This document shows, in pieces, positions 35,834 through 48,372 of a stretch of 48,372 bases of DNA; position 1 is the first letter of the stretch, and every line of letters begins with the position of its first letter. The DNA is taken from assembly GCA_000320545.1 (NCBI GenBank), contig ADNK01003221.1:1-48372 (forward strand), read 5' to 3'. Below the pieces are notes generated by a model. That model did not search any database and had not been told where the DNA came from. It saw only the letters and a program-made list of their open reading frames with translations. This DNA is from Bigelowiella natans CCMP2755 (taxonomy: Eukaryota > Protista > Cercozoa). Position numbers and translations under genes: made by a program.

Positions 35834-37317
35834 CTATGTTGTGTTTGCCTTGCAATGATTTAAGAATGCATCCCATTTTAAGAACCTTTTTGTCATTGTC
35901 TGGATCTGTTTTAATCAAATAAAGTACATTATATCTTTAGAATACTCGCCTTTCTTAAACGCATTTCTCATACCAAGGTATTGTACGAATTCATGATAAC
36001 TTCCACTTTAGATTGTAAATGCAAAGCAGCTTGCATTTGTCTTGACATCAGAGCCTCAGCACGTAAAAGAGTCTATTGATATCCAAGTATCAGTCAAAAA
36101 ATTTCTTGTGCCTAAATCATTTGGAGAACAGCACGTTCTAGCATCCAGGTATCACCTTTTCGACAATCAAAGGATCGTGACTAGACTCTTTCTCTAGAAC
36201 GGATTGCAACTCTTTAAGCTGAATGTCATCCAAATTCAGTATTAATCATGGTGTTGCTCTTTTTCAACTCCACAATCCGATTAATAGTGACCAACCTCCC
36301 CCCTCTTTCGACATTAGGACTCCGTGTTCATTTCTCCAATTGGATAAGAATGAAAACTACTGCCATCAGTACATACTAACATATACCTCGGTCATCATTG
36401 AAGTCTTTTTATTGATCAGGGATATCTGCTCTACAACAAGAGTTCCTTTTGAGCGAATACCACCCAGAATACCTTATGGTAGATTAAAAGGAAGTTTGAA
36501 AAACACAGCTTAGTTGCCGTCGAAATTTGCGATGAACTCATTTTCACATACTCGAAGCGCTATCACGTCCGTCGAAGAAGTGTTCAATCTTATTGAATCT
36601 GGAGAGAAAGAATTAATGAGCAAAAAATTCGTGAGCTATCCGGGATGAAGCTTTGGTATATTATTCACTTACGTTTTCACAAAAGTCTCGAATTCCCTCA
36701 TTTTCTCGTGCTTATTGAGACTATGATCAAAATTGTATGTATTTTAGCCCAGTCACGATGATTCACAAATGGTTTCACGAATATCTTATCGTCTGCTTTT
36801 GAAACCATGCTTAGATGCCTCTGTTGTCCCCTTCCTCTCCTATTCCCCAACTACTTTCCACCGTCATTACCAATTACACCCTCAGCTTCTTACGCTTCTC
36901 CTTCTACTTCTTTTCATGCTACAAATACTACCACTATTACTACTACTACTCTACTACAACTTTTCCAAGGCAAGATGTAAACCACGGATTAGAGAAAGAA
37001 TTGGCCTTGAAACTCTCACAGGCTCCCTGTCAGAATAGAAAATAATGATTCCTGCAGGAAGAAGTACTAATGTTTCAAACTAGATGTTGTTAAATTAGGG
37101 TAAACCTCCTATCTTTTGGCAATCCTCCAATGTCATTTTCAAGTTCTGAAATCTTATAAATGATTATATAAACGATTTGAAGATGTGAAAGGCTAGGCTG
37201 AACACGCATTACTACCCTTTCACGTATGTGTTGCAGTTGCCTGAAATAATCCTTAGTACTACCGCTACCGGCTAACGATTTATTTAGGGACAACAAGCTG
37301 TTTTCCACATCCTCCAT
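35834..37317 (-). CDS. DCTN3: Probable dynactin subunit 3 (p22/p24)
   Basis: Helical exons MEDVENSLLSLNKSLAG..., FNKIEHFFD, LKELQSVLE and the typical end LQSKVEVIMNSYNTL|IQTMTKRFLKWDAFL. Stop TAG at 35834-35836. Confidence 0.68.
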
Positions 37318-37356
37318 TCTGAGACGTGAGAAGATCCAGGTGTTGCTTCTGCTACT

Positions 37357-37442
37357 ACCTGGTCGTATGAAATGAATGATTGCATTAATTGGGAGAAAGA
37401 CCTGGTCGTAGGAAATGAATAATTGCATTAATTGGGAGAAAG
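37357..37442. repeat. Tandem 43-bp duplication just upstream of the DCTN3-like start
   Basis: acctggtcgta(t/g)gaaatgaat(g/a)attgcattaattgggagaaag occurs twice. Confidence 0.9.
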
Positions 37443-37619
37443 TCCTTTAACTGCCCAGCAATAAGAGGGGCTCATCCCTCCTTAAGACACGTTTTGAGTT
37501 TCAACCAATTGAGCCTTACACTACCCAGCTTCTGTGCGATGTGAGATGTGAGTGAAGATACACCTGCTCTCTCTCTGTGAATGAATTAGAAGTGATATGA
37601 TCTTCTGGTTTCTGTACGA

Positions 37620-38560
37620 GTAGTTGAACAAAAATGCAAAAATGTGCTCAATTTTCCATTGTCGCAGGTCGCTAACCTCCACAATTAACAACTCGGAAAT
37701 GAGTGAGTGCTCGATTCAAGATCAAGGGAACTTGCCATCTGAGAGGAAGAATGCATGTTCGAGAGGGGCAGCACCTTCGAGACATGCATTTCGTACACAA
37801 GGTGCCATCCCAGCGGAAGTTATCTAGGATCCAGTCGTGTGTGATGGCCACTTCTCGCATCTGTGACCTCCTCCAGGTCATCAGTGGGGCAAGCGGGGCA
37901 GCGGGGCCCTGAGATCCAAGTGGTGGGCACCGCCTTTCTTCAGGAACACCCAGTGCAAACCCCTTCTCTCGTCGCAGTCTCTGATTGCATCCTTGCTCTC
38001 AGCAACAAAGCCTCCGTCTGACCATGAGTCAAGACAAGATTCCCGTTGCTCCAGATGACAGTTGCTGGCGTTCGCAACAATGTCTGGATGTGCTCGTCAC
38101 CAAGCTAGCAAGCTTGAGGCCGCGCCAGAAGTGGGTCAAACGCGTGGTGTTCAGCACTGCGCTTCTGTTGAAACGCGCAAGCAAGGCTTTTCTGCAGAAT
38201 CCGCGAGTGACAAGCTGCAGTTTCGCACATGCCTTGCAGAGTGTCAGCGCAGATCGAGCGCTGGCAGCAGCACACAACACTGGACTAGCAGAGCTGCGAA
38301 TCGAAAGCTGGCACGCACGCTGTTGTTGTTCGCGTTTTGCCTCAGCTAGCTCAGATCGATGCCATCTGCATATGATCGATCAGCAATCGATCGCAGCGCG
38401 ATGGGTCTAGGGGTGAGCAGAAATGTCCTTCTCGGCCAGCATGGCATTCAGATGTTGCACGCACATTCATGCGTTTCGCTGATTGCTAGCGCACTAGCGC
38501 AGCCTAGCTAGCAGTGCAGCTGAACAGCACTAGAGCTAGAGAGCACTGCAATCGCATGCC
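37620..38560. other. TpA-depleted intergenic block, possibly an eroded mobile element
   Basis: I count 5 TA in 37830-38410, 4 of them in CTAG. ORFs here are Cys/His-rich and lack Tyr. Confidence 0.6.
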
Positions 38561-38899
38561 TTGTTCTAGTGTAGGATCAATGTAGGTGCAAACGGGAGAG
38601 TTTTTTTTTCATTAGCGAGCAGACTTGACGTAAATGCAAGTCCATAACGGATGGAGGCACACATGACAACACACATCTCCTGCAAGGTGAACACACATCC
38701 CAACTGGAAGATCCTCCGTTCAAACCGCTTCGGTTGAAACAGTAGACGAATAGTATGGAAAGGGATACAACAACATTAACGACAAGCGTGCGTCCGTCAG
38801 TCGCAATGAGCAAAGTGCGTTTATCTGGTTAGGAACAGCAAATTGACAAGGTGGCTCAACGGTTGGCTTCACCCTTCTAAACTGATCAAACATCAGCTA

Positions 38900-40631
38900 C
38901 CTAAATGGGTTTTTGCCATTTTGGGTTGCCATTACTTCACAAAATCTGGCAAATACACAAAAAAAGCGAAAGAGGTGAGGGAGAGAGAAGAGATAGAAAT
39001 CTTATGAGGCAAACAGAATGTATGACACCCACAAGAGAATGGCTAATGTTAACTCATCAGATGTAATTCTACAAAAAATGCTTATCAGCATCAAGAACAT
39101 TGACCAACGGGATATACATAAGGAAATCTTTGTTGATGTTGGTCATAATCATGTCGGTGACATTGCAACACTAACTTTCTTAGCGGGTTGTGACTCTCTT
39201 CATAACCTGCACATTATGGTGGAACTTTGGTTAAATATTGCTGATTCTAGGCAACATGTGCATGTCACAATCATGATTAATTTTTATGACTTTCTACATC
39301 AGTTTAGACCAAACCTGGTCCATGCAATTCGGACTATATTAAATTACCTTCAAGGTTTTCCATCTTCCGCATCCAACACCGAATCATCGGATATTGATCA
39401 AAATCAAGGCAGTCAAGATATTTCTACAGTGATTGAATTGAGAGAAGTTTTCAGCGTTGTAAAATTTATATTCAAACACACACACACACACACAAAGCAA
39501 CTGGATATACAATGTATACATATCATAATAGTAACAACCGGGCCAAGCTGTCCCACTTCGGTGTAGCAACTAATATCAGCCAGCGTGGGGCCTCGCATTT
39601 CTGACTAGAAGAAAGTGCAAGATAATTTATTCAAATTGTATTCTGGAATGAGAAAGAAAGAGAGAGAGAGAGGGGGGGGGGGGAGAGAGAGAGAAATCAA
39701 AGCGAGAATGTGTGGTATTATCTATAGATTGTATATGTATTGTGTTAGCGTAGTTTTTTTTTGTATTATGTGCAATGGAGAGTAAAGAGGGAGTGCACCG
39801 ACGAAACATTTGTTGATGGGACTTATATTTCGTTCCGCTGCATAAGGATGCCACCATATTGTCCCCATTATCATAATCATCATAATCATCATCACCACCG
39901 CCTTTCATATATCAGGATTACATCTACGATGAAGCCACTGGTTCCACTATCGATAATTGACTCTAGCATACCCAGCGTTTCCTTTGCTTTCACAGGATTA
40001 GGTTGATTCTAGTATAACGAAGGTTGGAGGAGAGAAGGAAAAGGAGAAGGAAAAGGAGAAGGGGAAGGCTGAACTTGAATTGTATGACGAACACACACAT
40101 ACACACACACCCAAAGAGAGAGAGAGAGAGGGAGAGGGGGGGGGGAGGGGAGGGGGCCTTTTATACGATTGATTCTGAACTGGGATTAAGTAATGAACCT
40201 TTTGTTTACCACCGGGATTTACAGTGGGGGCGAAAAACGCGTAAGTGGCCTCCCGAACTGATCTGAGAACCACCGTCTAATTTGAGGATAGTTGAAACTC
40301 CTTGTTCCCGTAAATGAGCTAGAAAACAAATATTTCTTTTATAGCTTAAGTAGGAGATTTGCAGCAGCAACCTGTGATGCCAATGCAGATATTCATTTAC
40401 CTGGAAAATGAATAGAAGAACATTTCAGCAACAGTCAAGCTAATTCTAAAGAGTGTTGACTCGCTTCTTCATAAATTCTCAATATTTGACTCTCTTCATT
40501 GTTATTACACCTTGGCACGGAATATAAGGTCAGAAGGGTACAAGTCATACCACTCATTCTTTTCCGCCAGATAAGTCAAAATGGCATGGCTAAGGTTATA
40601 TACATATTCACACATATACACATACATATGC

Positions 40632-40698
<67 letters not shown>

Positions 40699-41169
40699 AG
40701 AAATTTCTGGTTTTCTTTTAATCTATTAAAAAATAAGTTGTTTGCTGTAGGTTTTGCAATTTGATCATCGTCGTAATCCTCATCCCTGCCTAATCTGATG
40801 TACTTCGTATCACCTTTCTGTAAGAACAAAGCCGTTATCATTTAATACAGGAACTGCCTTATGTCTAGAGGGAAATCTGGGACTTTCTGTGTCAACACGA
40901 GGTCTTTTATCATCATCGGAGGCCTGCAAAGTCATGCATCTGAAAAATATGCGTCTGCCAACTGCACAAACATAATGAGTCTAAACCTTATCACTATGAG
41001 GAAGTGAATACACGTGCTGGAAAGCTAGTCCTTTCATTCTGCACGCCCAGAACACCGCACGACATGGTTGGGACCTAAGAAATAGCCAACACGTCGCAAA
41101 GAAAGCTGCAACCTCGGACGTCTGACAAGGGATGCATTACACGAATGTTCCGTAGATCTTGAGCACCAT
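38900..41169 (-). CDS. Glutathione S-transferase, theta-like; 3' end uncertain
   Basis: MVLKIYGTFV|SQPCRAVFWAC, AVPVLNDNGFVLTES|HAILTYLA...LYPSDLIFRAK|VNEYLHWHH, PTLADISCYTEVGQL, FDQYPMIRCWMRKM and GYEESH. Confidence 0.9.
40635..40690. repeat. (TA)n microsatellite in a GST intron, one of many intronic simple repeats
   Basis: Pure TA run. Similar TA, CA, GA, CAT and TAC runs fill most introns. Confidence 0.95.
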
Positions 41170-41817
41170 TGTCACTACTGCTACTGTTGGTTTTATTGTT
41201 TCGCTTTGTTTTGCTATTTTTAGGTTGTTTCCCGTGTGGTTTTCCGTCTACACAAACACAGCCACGAGGAGTTGGATGTGTGAATAATAATGATAATAAC
41301 ACCCAATGGGATCTAATCTACTCGTACAGGGTAGATCCACTCGAATTTCCGCCTAAAATTCATACTAGCCCAGTCGTAAGAGAAGAATCAAAGACAATTA
41401 GGAACATCTTGTTGGTGGTTGCATGTCGCAATCAAAGAACCAAGCATAAATGGTGAAATCCTACGTTTCATGATGTCGCGATAAAAGAATCCATGTCGAA
41501 ATGGTAATTCCATGGTTTGTCGCACCATCGTTATTCCTCTTGTCTCATCGATTTGTAGACGATTCACCGACGAACGTTTACCTTGAGTACCTCACACCGA
41601 TACAAGATACATGTTAAGTAGCAACATGGAGACTGCATGCTGCTAAGAGGAACCGCGCTGGGTTAGCCGTGACCCATCTGTTCCATCTAACAAAAGAAAG
41701 GCAAGTGTATTATCCTCCTCAAGCTCAATATCAAGCTCACTATTTTTTGGTCAGGAAACCGGACAGCAGTCTGCGACGAGCATTTTCAGTGTTCGGTCGC
41801 CGTTAAATCAACACAAA

Positions 41818-42051
41818 ATGATGTCATCAATGCCACAGCGGCCTTCACGCCTTGTTGAATACTTCGCAACTTGTGGAATTTCCGAAGATTCAACGCCAAT
41901 CCCAAAAGATGGTAGTCCAACTCATCAAACATAGCACACATTTACCCACCCACCCACACGCACGCCATCTCCACACAGTGTTATGAAGAAAAATAATGTC
42001 ACAGACATATTTATGCGCTCATGATACGAGCTATAAATACTTACATTTCCC

Positions 42052-42113
<62 letters not shown>

Positions 42114-42706
42114 CTACAAATCAAAATTAACGTACTTCTTCGCAGATCGTCTGCCAATTGTTAGTGTTGCCATTATTACCGAGAAAGAGGAGCTTCAGCC
42201 TGGGTATAGCAATAAATTGAACTTGCACTTTGGTCGTGGTATTTAAATATAAGAAATTTGAAATCACACGATATTATCAACGTACGTCAGATGGGAGTTG
42301 CTGCAGTATACCGTCTCTGGAAACATTGCAAGTGTGACAGGATCTGGGTAGGAATAATTATAAAAATAATAATAAATTGATTGATAGAAGGAGTAACTTG
42401 CGATTATTGTGAAGTAATCTCGGTGTTATCATTTCTACGTCTAATCAACTACTCCTTCTTCCTGATCATAACATCATAACCATTCATTAAGTGTGTTCTC
42501 GACGAAGACTTACATCTGTTTCGAGAGGGTTGTACCACTATTCCCTACTTGCTACCTCATATTATTAAATGTGTAGTATCCACACTCACTGATAACTACT
42601 ACTCCCCTCTCTGCTATTTATACTGCTCTATGATCGATAATTGAACATGAGTGAACGATATCCCTACTACGTTATTGTAGCACATCATCTTAATCACCAT
42701 CATCAC

Positions 42707-42740
<34 letters not shown>

Positions 42741-43704
42741 TCCCATATGCCTCCTTTCTCTCCTCCTGATCCTCCTCAACGTGAATAATAGGGAAGAATA
42801 GTAACGGTTCTTCTTCTTCTTCTTCTTCTTCTTCTTCTTCTTCTTTTCTTCTGTCTGTATCATCATCAACAACAACAGCAGCAATAACAACAACATCTAC
42901 TTACTACCTTAGGGTAACCGTAGTCCACCTGTCACAGATTTGCAAATTATGGTTGGAAATGACCCCAAACCTATGGGTACGACTACTGCTACTACTTTCT
43001 GCTGCTAATTCTAAGAAAACAGAAGCAAAAACGACCGATTTATGCAAATAAATTAAGATAACATACAAAGTTGATGGATAGATGGATGAAAATATGCACT
43101 ACTTTCATAATACATCTCTCTTTTATTCCATGTGTCCAACACCAAGAACCTCTTTTATCATCATTATCATCATCATCATCATCACTGCCATCAGGATACA
43201 CTAAACTTGCTCACAACCTCAACAAGGTAAGAAGGATCCATGATCATCAGATAGATCATTTTCTGCTTATTATGTGCCAATCATCATCATCATCATCATC
43301 ACCGTCATCATGTTTTCTTGTTCTTTATTTACAGTCGGTTTTGTCTTCTGTTTGGGCAGTATTATGCTGTTGTCTGTCGCCATTGCTCCTTCATTGCTAA
43401 CGCGGTTTAATTGCCTTCCTCGACGTAATTTAGGGTGGCATCGGCAAGGATGTGTTTTTGTGCTACACTCACGCTTATCACATGGGTTGGTTGTTGCATC
43501 ACGACGTATCATAAGAAGAAGAAGCAATTTTCATTTCATATTATATACCTCTATGGGGAGGGGCGCTCTTGAGAATTGTATCCTTGTTTACTTCCATTCT
43601 ATGTCTTCATCTTCACGGGCATGGACAACTAACTGTGGATGATGTTGTTCTTTTGGGTTCATCACACTCAACTCTCTCTTTCGCTCTGCTTTGTTATCAT
43701 TTGT

Positions 43705-43742
<38 letters not shown>

Positions 43743-44285
43743 AAATGAATGGATGACAATACACAGCGGCCATCATGAACTACTTGTAAATCAACCTCCT
43801 CCTCCTCCTATTTTCCTCTTCTTCTTTCCGTTAATTATAAAGGTCATACAAGAGAATCAGTCGTCGATATCGTAATGATCGCTCCAAAAACTGGTATTAT
43901 TACAACGTTACGCTATATCTTAATTGTTACGTTTTGTTTACTTTAATATTGTTAAAGATCCCAAATGGATTGGTTTGTTAATATATCAGCACAACACAAA
44001 ACAACAGAATTAGATTGTCCTTATAGAAAATTTAGTTACTTATTTGAGATATATGGACACTTGTTATTTGTTCTTTTAAAGGAGGTTGTGTCGCTCGTAG
44101 CAGCTGATCGATATCGTCATCATACTACTAATACTATTGATACTACTAATTGTAGCAATTATCCCTAATTTCCAAATTGATATTTATACTACCAACTCAC
44201 AGGAGAGAAATGTCCTTCAGATTATATGCTAGTCAATAAGGTAGTATCGAAGGAGTTACCATCATCGTCAATCATCATCATCATT

Positions 44286-44316
<31 letters not shown>

Positions 44317-45053
44317 CCATCTCGTTTTTAATAGAATCTCAACGCTGGAAGCTTTCGAAACCCTCTTTACATTTGCGTCAAGAAAACATCGGTAATCATC
44401 ATAAAGTGCATAATAACAAAGCATGCAGTAATCATCATCCTAACGATTACCAGCTACTACTACTACTAATACTAATATTAATACTACTAATGTTTCATGA
44501 GTAGTAGTACACTTAGTTAGGCAATGAGTAGTACTTACTGATGATGATGATGATGATGATGATGGTGATGCAGGATTCGGCTTTGGAAATGCGTTATAAG
44601 CCTGTAGTTCTGGACAGATTTCCCATATTTATGATCTCAGGGTGGGTTGTGCTTGTTGTGCTATTATTTTGTGATGATGATGATGATGACGATGATATCG
44701 TTCGCACTATCTTGAGAAGAAGAGAAAGAAAAAGAACTACACGCAACAGTGACATCATTGTTTATCTGCTGTACAGTATTATTGCTGCTGTCGTGTATCC
44801 TCCTCTGATTACTTCTTTTGATGTAAGGAAAATGAAGATAATGATGATGCATGCTCTTTTGGTCATCATCATAAATAATAATATGTTTTATGGTTTGCTG
44901 CTTTGGTGTTATCGTTAGGACTCTGCATTTCCTCAAATGCTGCCTGTTTTTTGTTACCCCCAAGTAAAAAACCATATGAAAAAATATAATAAATATAATG
45001 TATTTTATAACAACTTCTAGTAGTGGTAGTAGTAGTAGCAGCAATAGCTATTA

Positions 45054-45089
<36 letters not shown>

Positions 45090-45127
45090 ATATTAGATGT
45101 TGTAGAAATCATCATAAGTGTGTGTGC

Positions 45128-45158
<31 letters not shown>

Positions 45159-45425
45159 TGTGTTTGTGTTATAGGGGGCGGACGTTGTCGTAGGAGAAAA
45201 TCCACCTTTGCCAAAATGTACCACGTTTGTCCTTACTATGGTAGTACTATTATTATTAACAATAATCCACGTAATAAACCTTGCCAAAATAAAGTTGTAC
45301 TACGATTACTAACATTATTACTATTGTTGTTTTGTTATTTATTACGGTGAATATATTTTCAATAATATCAAAAAAAGTATTCACCTTAAAATCCGCATGT
45401 CTCATAATTATTATTATCTTATTAC

Positions 45426-45462
<37 letters not shown>

Positions 45463-45545
45463 ACTTTATTCTCTAATAAATGAACAGGTGTCCGGAATGA
45501 GGCTGTATGGAGTTTGTATCAACTTCCACGAACTGTATGTTCTTC

Positions 45546-45582
<37 letters not shown>

Positions 45583-47112
45583 GAAAAGGAGATTATCGTA
45601 GTAGTAGATAATAGCAGCAGCACCAACAGCATCAGTAATAAATAGTAGCACGGACAAGAGGATGTGGTGATGATGACGCATTATGAGGGTGCTGATGAGT
45701 ACCTACCTACCTACCTACTATGGTGTTGATGATGACACATTCAAGGCTCCGAAAGGACAAATTGAAGAGTATAAAGAAAGAAGCTACAATCAAGAACAAG
45801 GATAATGTATTACTACTAGTAGTGTAAATACTATTATTATTATTATTATTAGTTATTATCATCCACGATTGTAATATGAACATCTTGCAGCAGCAGCAAC
45901 AGCAAACCATGACTAGCTGACTTATATAACGTTGTCATACCATAAAATTGTTAAAGTGATGAGGATGATGGTGATGATGATGGTGGTTGTGGTGGAGATG
46001 ATCATTAAGATTTCTTACCTGTACCACTTGTACTTGTTTTACTTCTGCTGCTGCTATAGGAAGAGGAGGAGGATAGAAAGAGACGGCAGGGAAAAGAAGG
46101 AAAAAGTAATGACGAAGAACAAGTCTATTCAAAAAGAACAAGCACTGCAAGTGTCAGCAGCACAAACTATGATGAGGAAGGGCAATGGTTGGATCCTGAA
46201 AGTAATATCAACAGCTTATGATAATATTATCACTATTATTAATATCCTGAAGGGGGAGGAGAAACAGCGCTACTCGTTTAATATATGAATATATAAATTA
46301 TTTATATTATATATATATATATATATATATATCTTCACTGACGACGATGAATTCTCATCTATACGACTACTCAATATGTTTTTGACCTGGAATATGATTC
46401 ATTATCAGCATCATCATCAACATCATTATCATCATGGTCATCATCAATATCTGCTGTAACCCTAATGTATTTAATTAGTGGCGACGGTTAACTTTCAAAG
46501 TGCAATCGAGCAGCGTCGAGCAGGTAGTAATAGTACAGTAGCAGTACACGATTTGGTTGATGAAAGAAGGCAATCTGGTGCTCTACTTAGCTGCTATACT
46601 ATCGTGTTATAATTAGTAGCATCAGTGTAGGTGATAATAATAATAATGATGATAATAATGATGATGATGACGATAATGATTAAAAAAGTATTTGTGTGCT
46701 TACTCACAGCTTTCATCATCTTAATGATTTCCTCTGCCATCGTTGTTCGATGTTTGTTGTTTGTTTTCTCTCCTGTCTCCCTTCCTTAATATGTTTGCAT
46801 GGTTGCTCTTGGTTGATTCAATCAATACATTGGATGATTATGATGAAGATGACGATGATGCTGATATGGCTGTGCGTGTGCTTGTTCTTCTTCTTCTTGT
46901 TGTTGTTTACCACGGAATAGAATCTTCAAGTATGGCTTCCCAAAACAGTGTGTTTAGTGTCCTACTGGCCTTTCTACGACACATTTGCTACGTTTCTCGT
47001 GGAATTGTGGCGCCTCACTCTAGGTAGTAATATATCCAATACAATACAATACAATACAATACAGCACAATAAATAGTACAAGTAGGTAATAGGGGGGTCA
47101 GTTGTTGAGATG

Positions 47113-47151
<39 letters not shown>

Positions 47152-47532
47152 GATGATAATGATGATTAATGATGGTGATTAGGATCGAGTAGGCTGCCCC
47201 CAGAACGATATTTATCTAATTTGTGGGAGACCCCATTACCACAAAACAGGTCATAATTAGTAAAATATGTTGGTGGTTGTTGCTTCGAGGAGGGAGGCAT
47301 TGAAGGAGGGAGATACTAGTACTACTAGTAGTGCTTCTTAATCATCATCTGCTAATTTATCATCACCATCTTCTTCTTCTTCTTCCACTGGTTTCTCTTA
47401 TCTAGTCGTGTTAATGTAAAGCTTTCCATAGCATCAAGCAATGTAAGTACTAGCAGTAGTATTATCTTGATGTATCTTACAAAAGAGGAGAGAGACCAAC
47501 ACACATCATGATCACCGTTATCATTCATCTGT

Positions 47533-47565
<33 letters not shown>

Positions 47566-48372
47566 TCACCAATTATTATTACTACTATTATTATTACTAC
47601 TACTACTACTACCACTACTACTACAGGTCATTTTTAATCGGCCACCTCCAGATACCTTCCCAATGTCAGATCACAGTTTCGAGTTGGTATGTTGTTGTTA
47701 TTGTTAGAGAAACTGTACTAGTCGTAGATGGTACTTAGTGAAAAGCAAAGCAGCAGCTGCTTTGAGATAGTCATTATTATTATTTGTTATTTATTACTGC
47801 TACTACTACTACTACTACTAGCACTAAAGATAATAGTGCCAACTTACTTGTTCCTTCATAGGTGTTTCGATGTTTATCAGTACCCAACATCATCAAGGTT
47901 GTAGTATTAGAATTGCTACTGTTATTACAGTAGGAAGAGGAGGAGGAACAAAGAGAATTATTGTGTACTTTTGTTATTTCAATTTTCTAATGTCGTATGT
48001 CATTCTTCATGTATACTACATTGTGATGATGATGATGATGATGATTTTCTTTCTTGAATCTTTCTTCCATATATTCTTTCTTCTTTGTTAATGGTCATAA
48101 CACAGGTTTTATCGGCAATTTATGCTGAAAGAAAAATCCTCTTAGTGACATCTCATTCGTGCATGCTCACTCCGGTCTAACTAGTTATCTATTAGTTGGA
48201 GTATATTTACTTACTTACTTGCTAATTGCCATTATGTGCTGCTGTCAGGTTTCTGAGGCGCTGCTGTCCTTTATTTTCCCATTTCAATGGCAATATGCAT
48301 ACATAGCGGTAACTAATAGATAAATAATATGGAGCAGCATTCGATAGTACATGATGACGATGATGAACCGCG
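41818..48372 (+). CDS. MABP + DENN domain Rab GEF (DENND4-like architecture); continues past the window end
   Basis: RLVEYFATCG; MABP repeats (PIVSVAII..E.LQPGW, PVTDLQI, NLNAGSFRNPLYICVKK); uDENN YKPVVLDRFP, LPVFCYPQG, FVLT, RLYGVCINFHE; cDENN PKTVCLVSYWPFYDTF, ERYLSNL.ETPLP, FRCLSVPNII, ERKILLV, LSFIFPFQWQYAYI. Confidence 0.9.
42053..42112. repeat. (CTG)n microsatellite, about 20 units, intronic
   Basis: Read directly from the sequence. Confidence 0.95.

Noticed and set aside
37357-37442. CRISPR-like repeats
   Set aside because: Two abutting copies with no spacer in a eukaryotic context; a simple tandem duplication.

Overview
Eukaryotic (protist) chromosome end. About 57 copies of CCCTAA are followed by a gene-dense region with many short, microsatellite-filled introns. 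I reconstructed genes by hand from exons the ORF track mostly misses: coproporphyrinogen III oxidase (-), an unknown multi-exon gene (+), a divergent CSN1 (-), NDUFA5 (+), an unknown basic protein (-), FEN1 (+), POLR3C/RPC3 (+), an Arf-family GTPase (-), a probable DCTN3 (-), a theta-type GST (-) and a MABP+DENN protein (+, runs off the end). Between FEN1 and RPC3 lies a complete, very young Ty3/Gypsy element with identical 326-bp LTRs, a CACG target-site duplication and one 1657-aa gag-pol ORF. Main observations: (1) the integrase ends in what looks like a degenerate DIRS/Dam-type N6-adenine methyltransferase domain, where other gypsies carry a chromodomain, and its catalytic core is shortened to DD(27)E. 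(2) Intergenic patches have lost almost every TpA except within CTAG while keeping CpG, which suggests a RIP-like, context-specific A:T->G:C mutator; decayed telomere repeats next to the array show the same change. (3) An antisense orphan exon of a class I glutamine amidotransferase inside an RPC3 intron has TGA exactly at the catalytic Cys (selenocysteine or nonsense). All family calls are motif recognition by eye, with no database search. The organism is not identified; a chlorarachniophyte-like rhizarian is only a guess.
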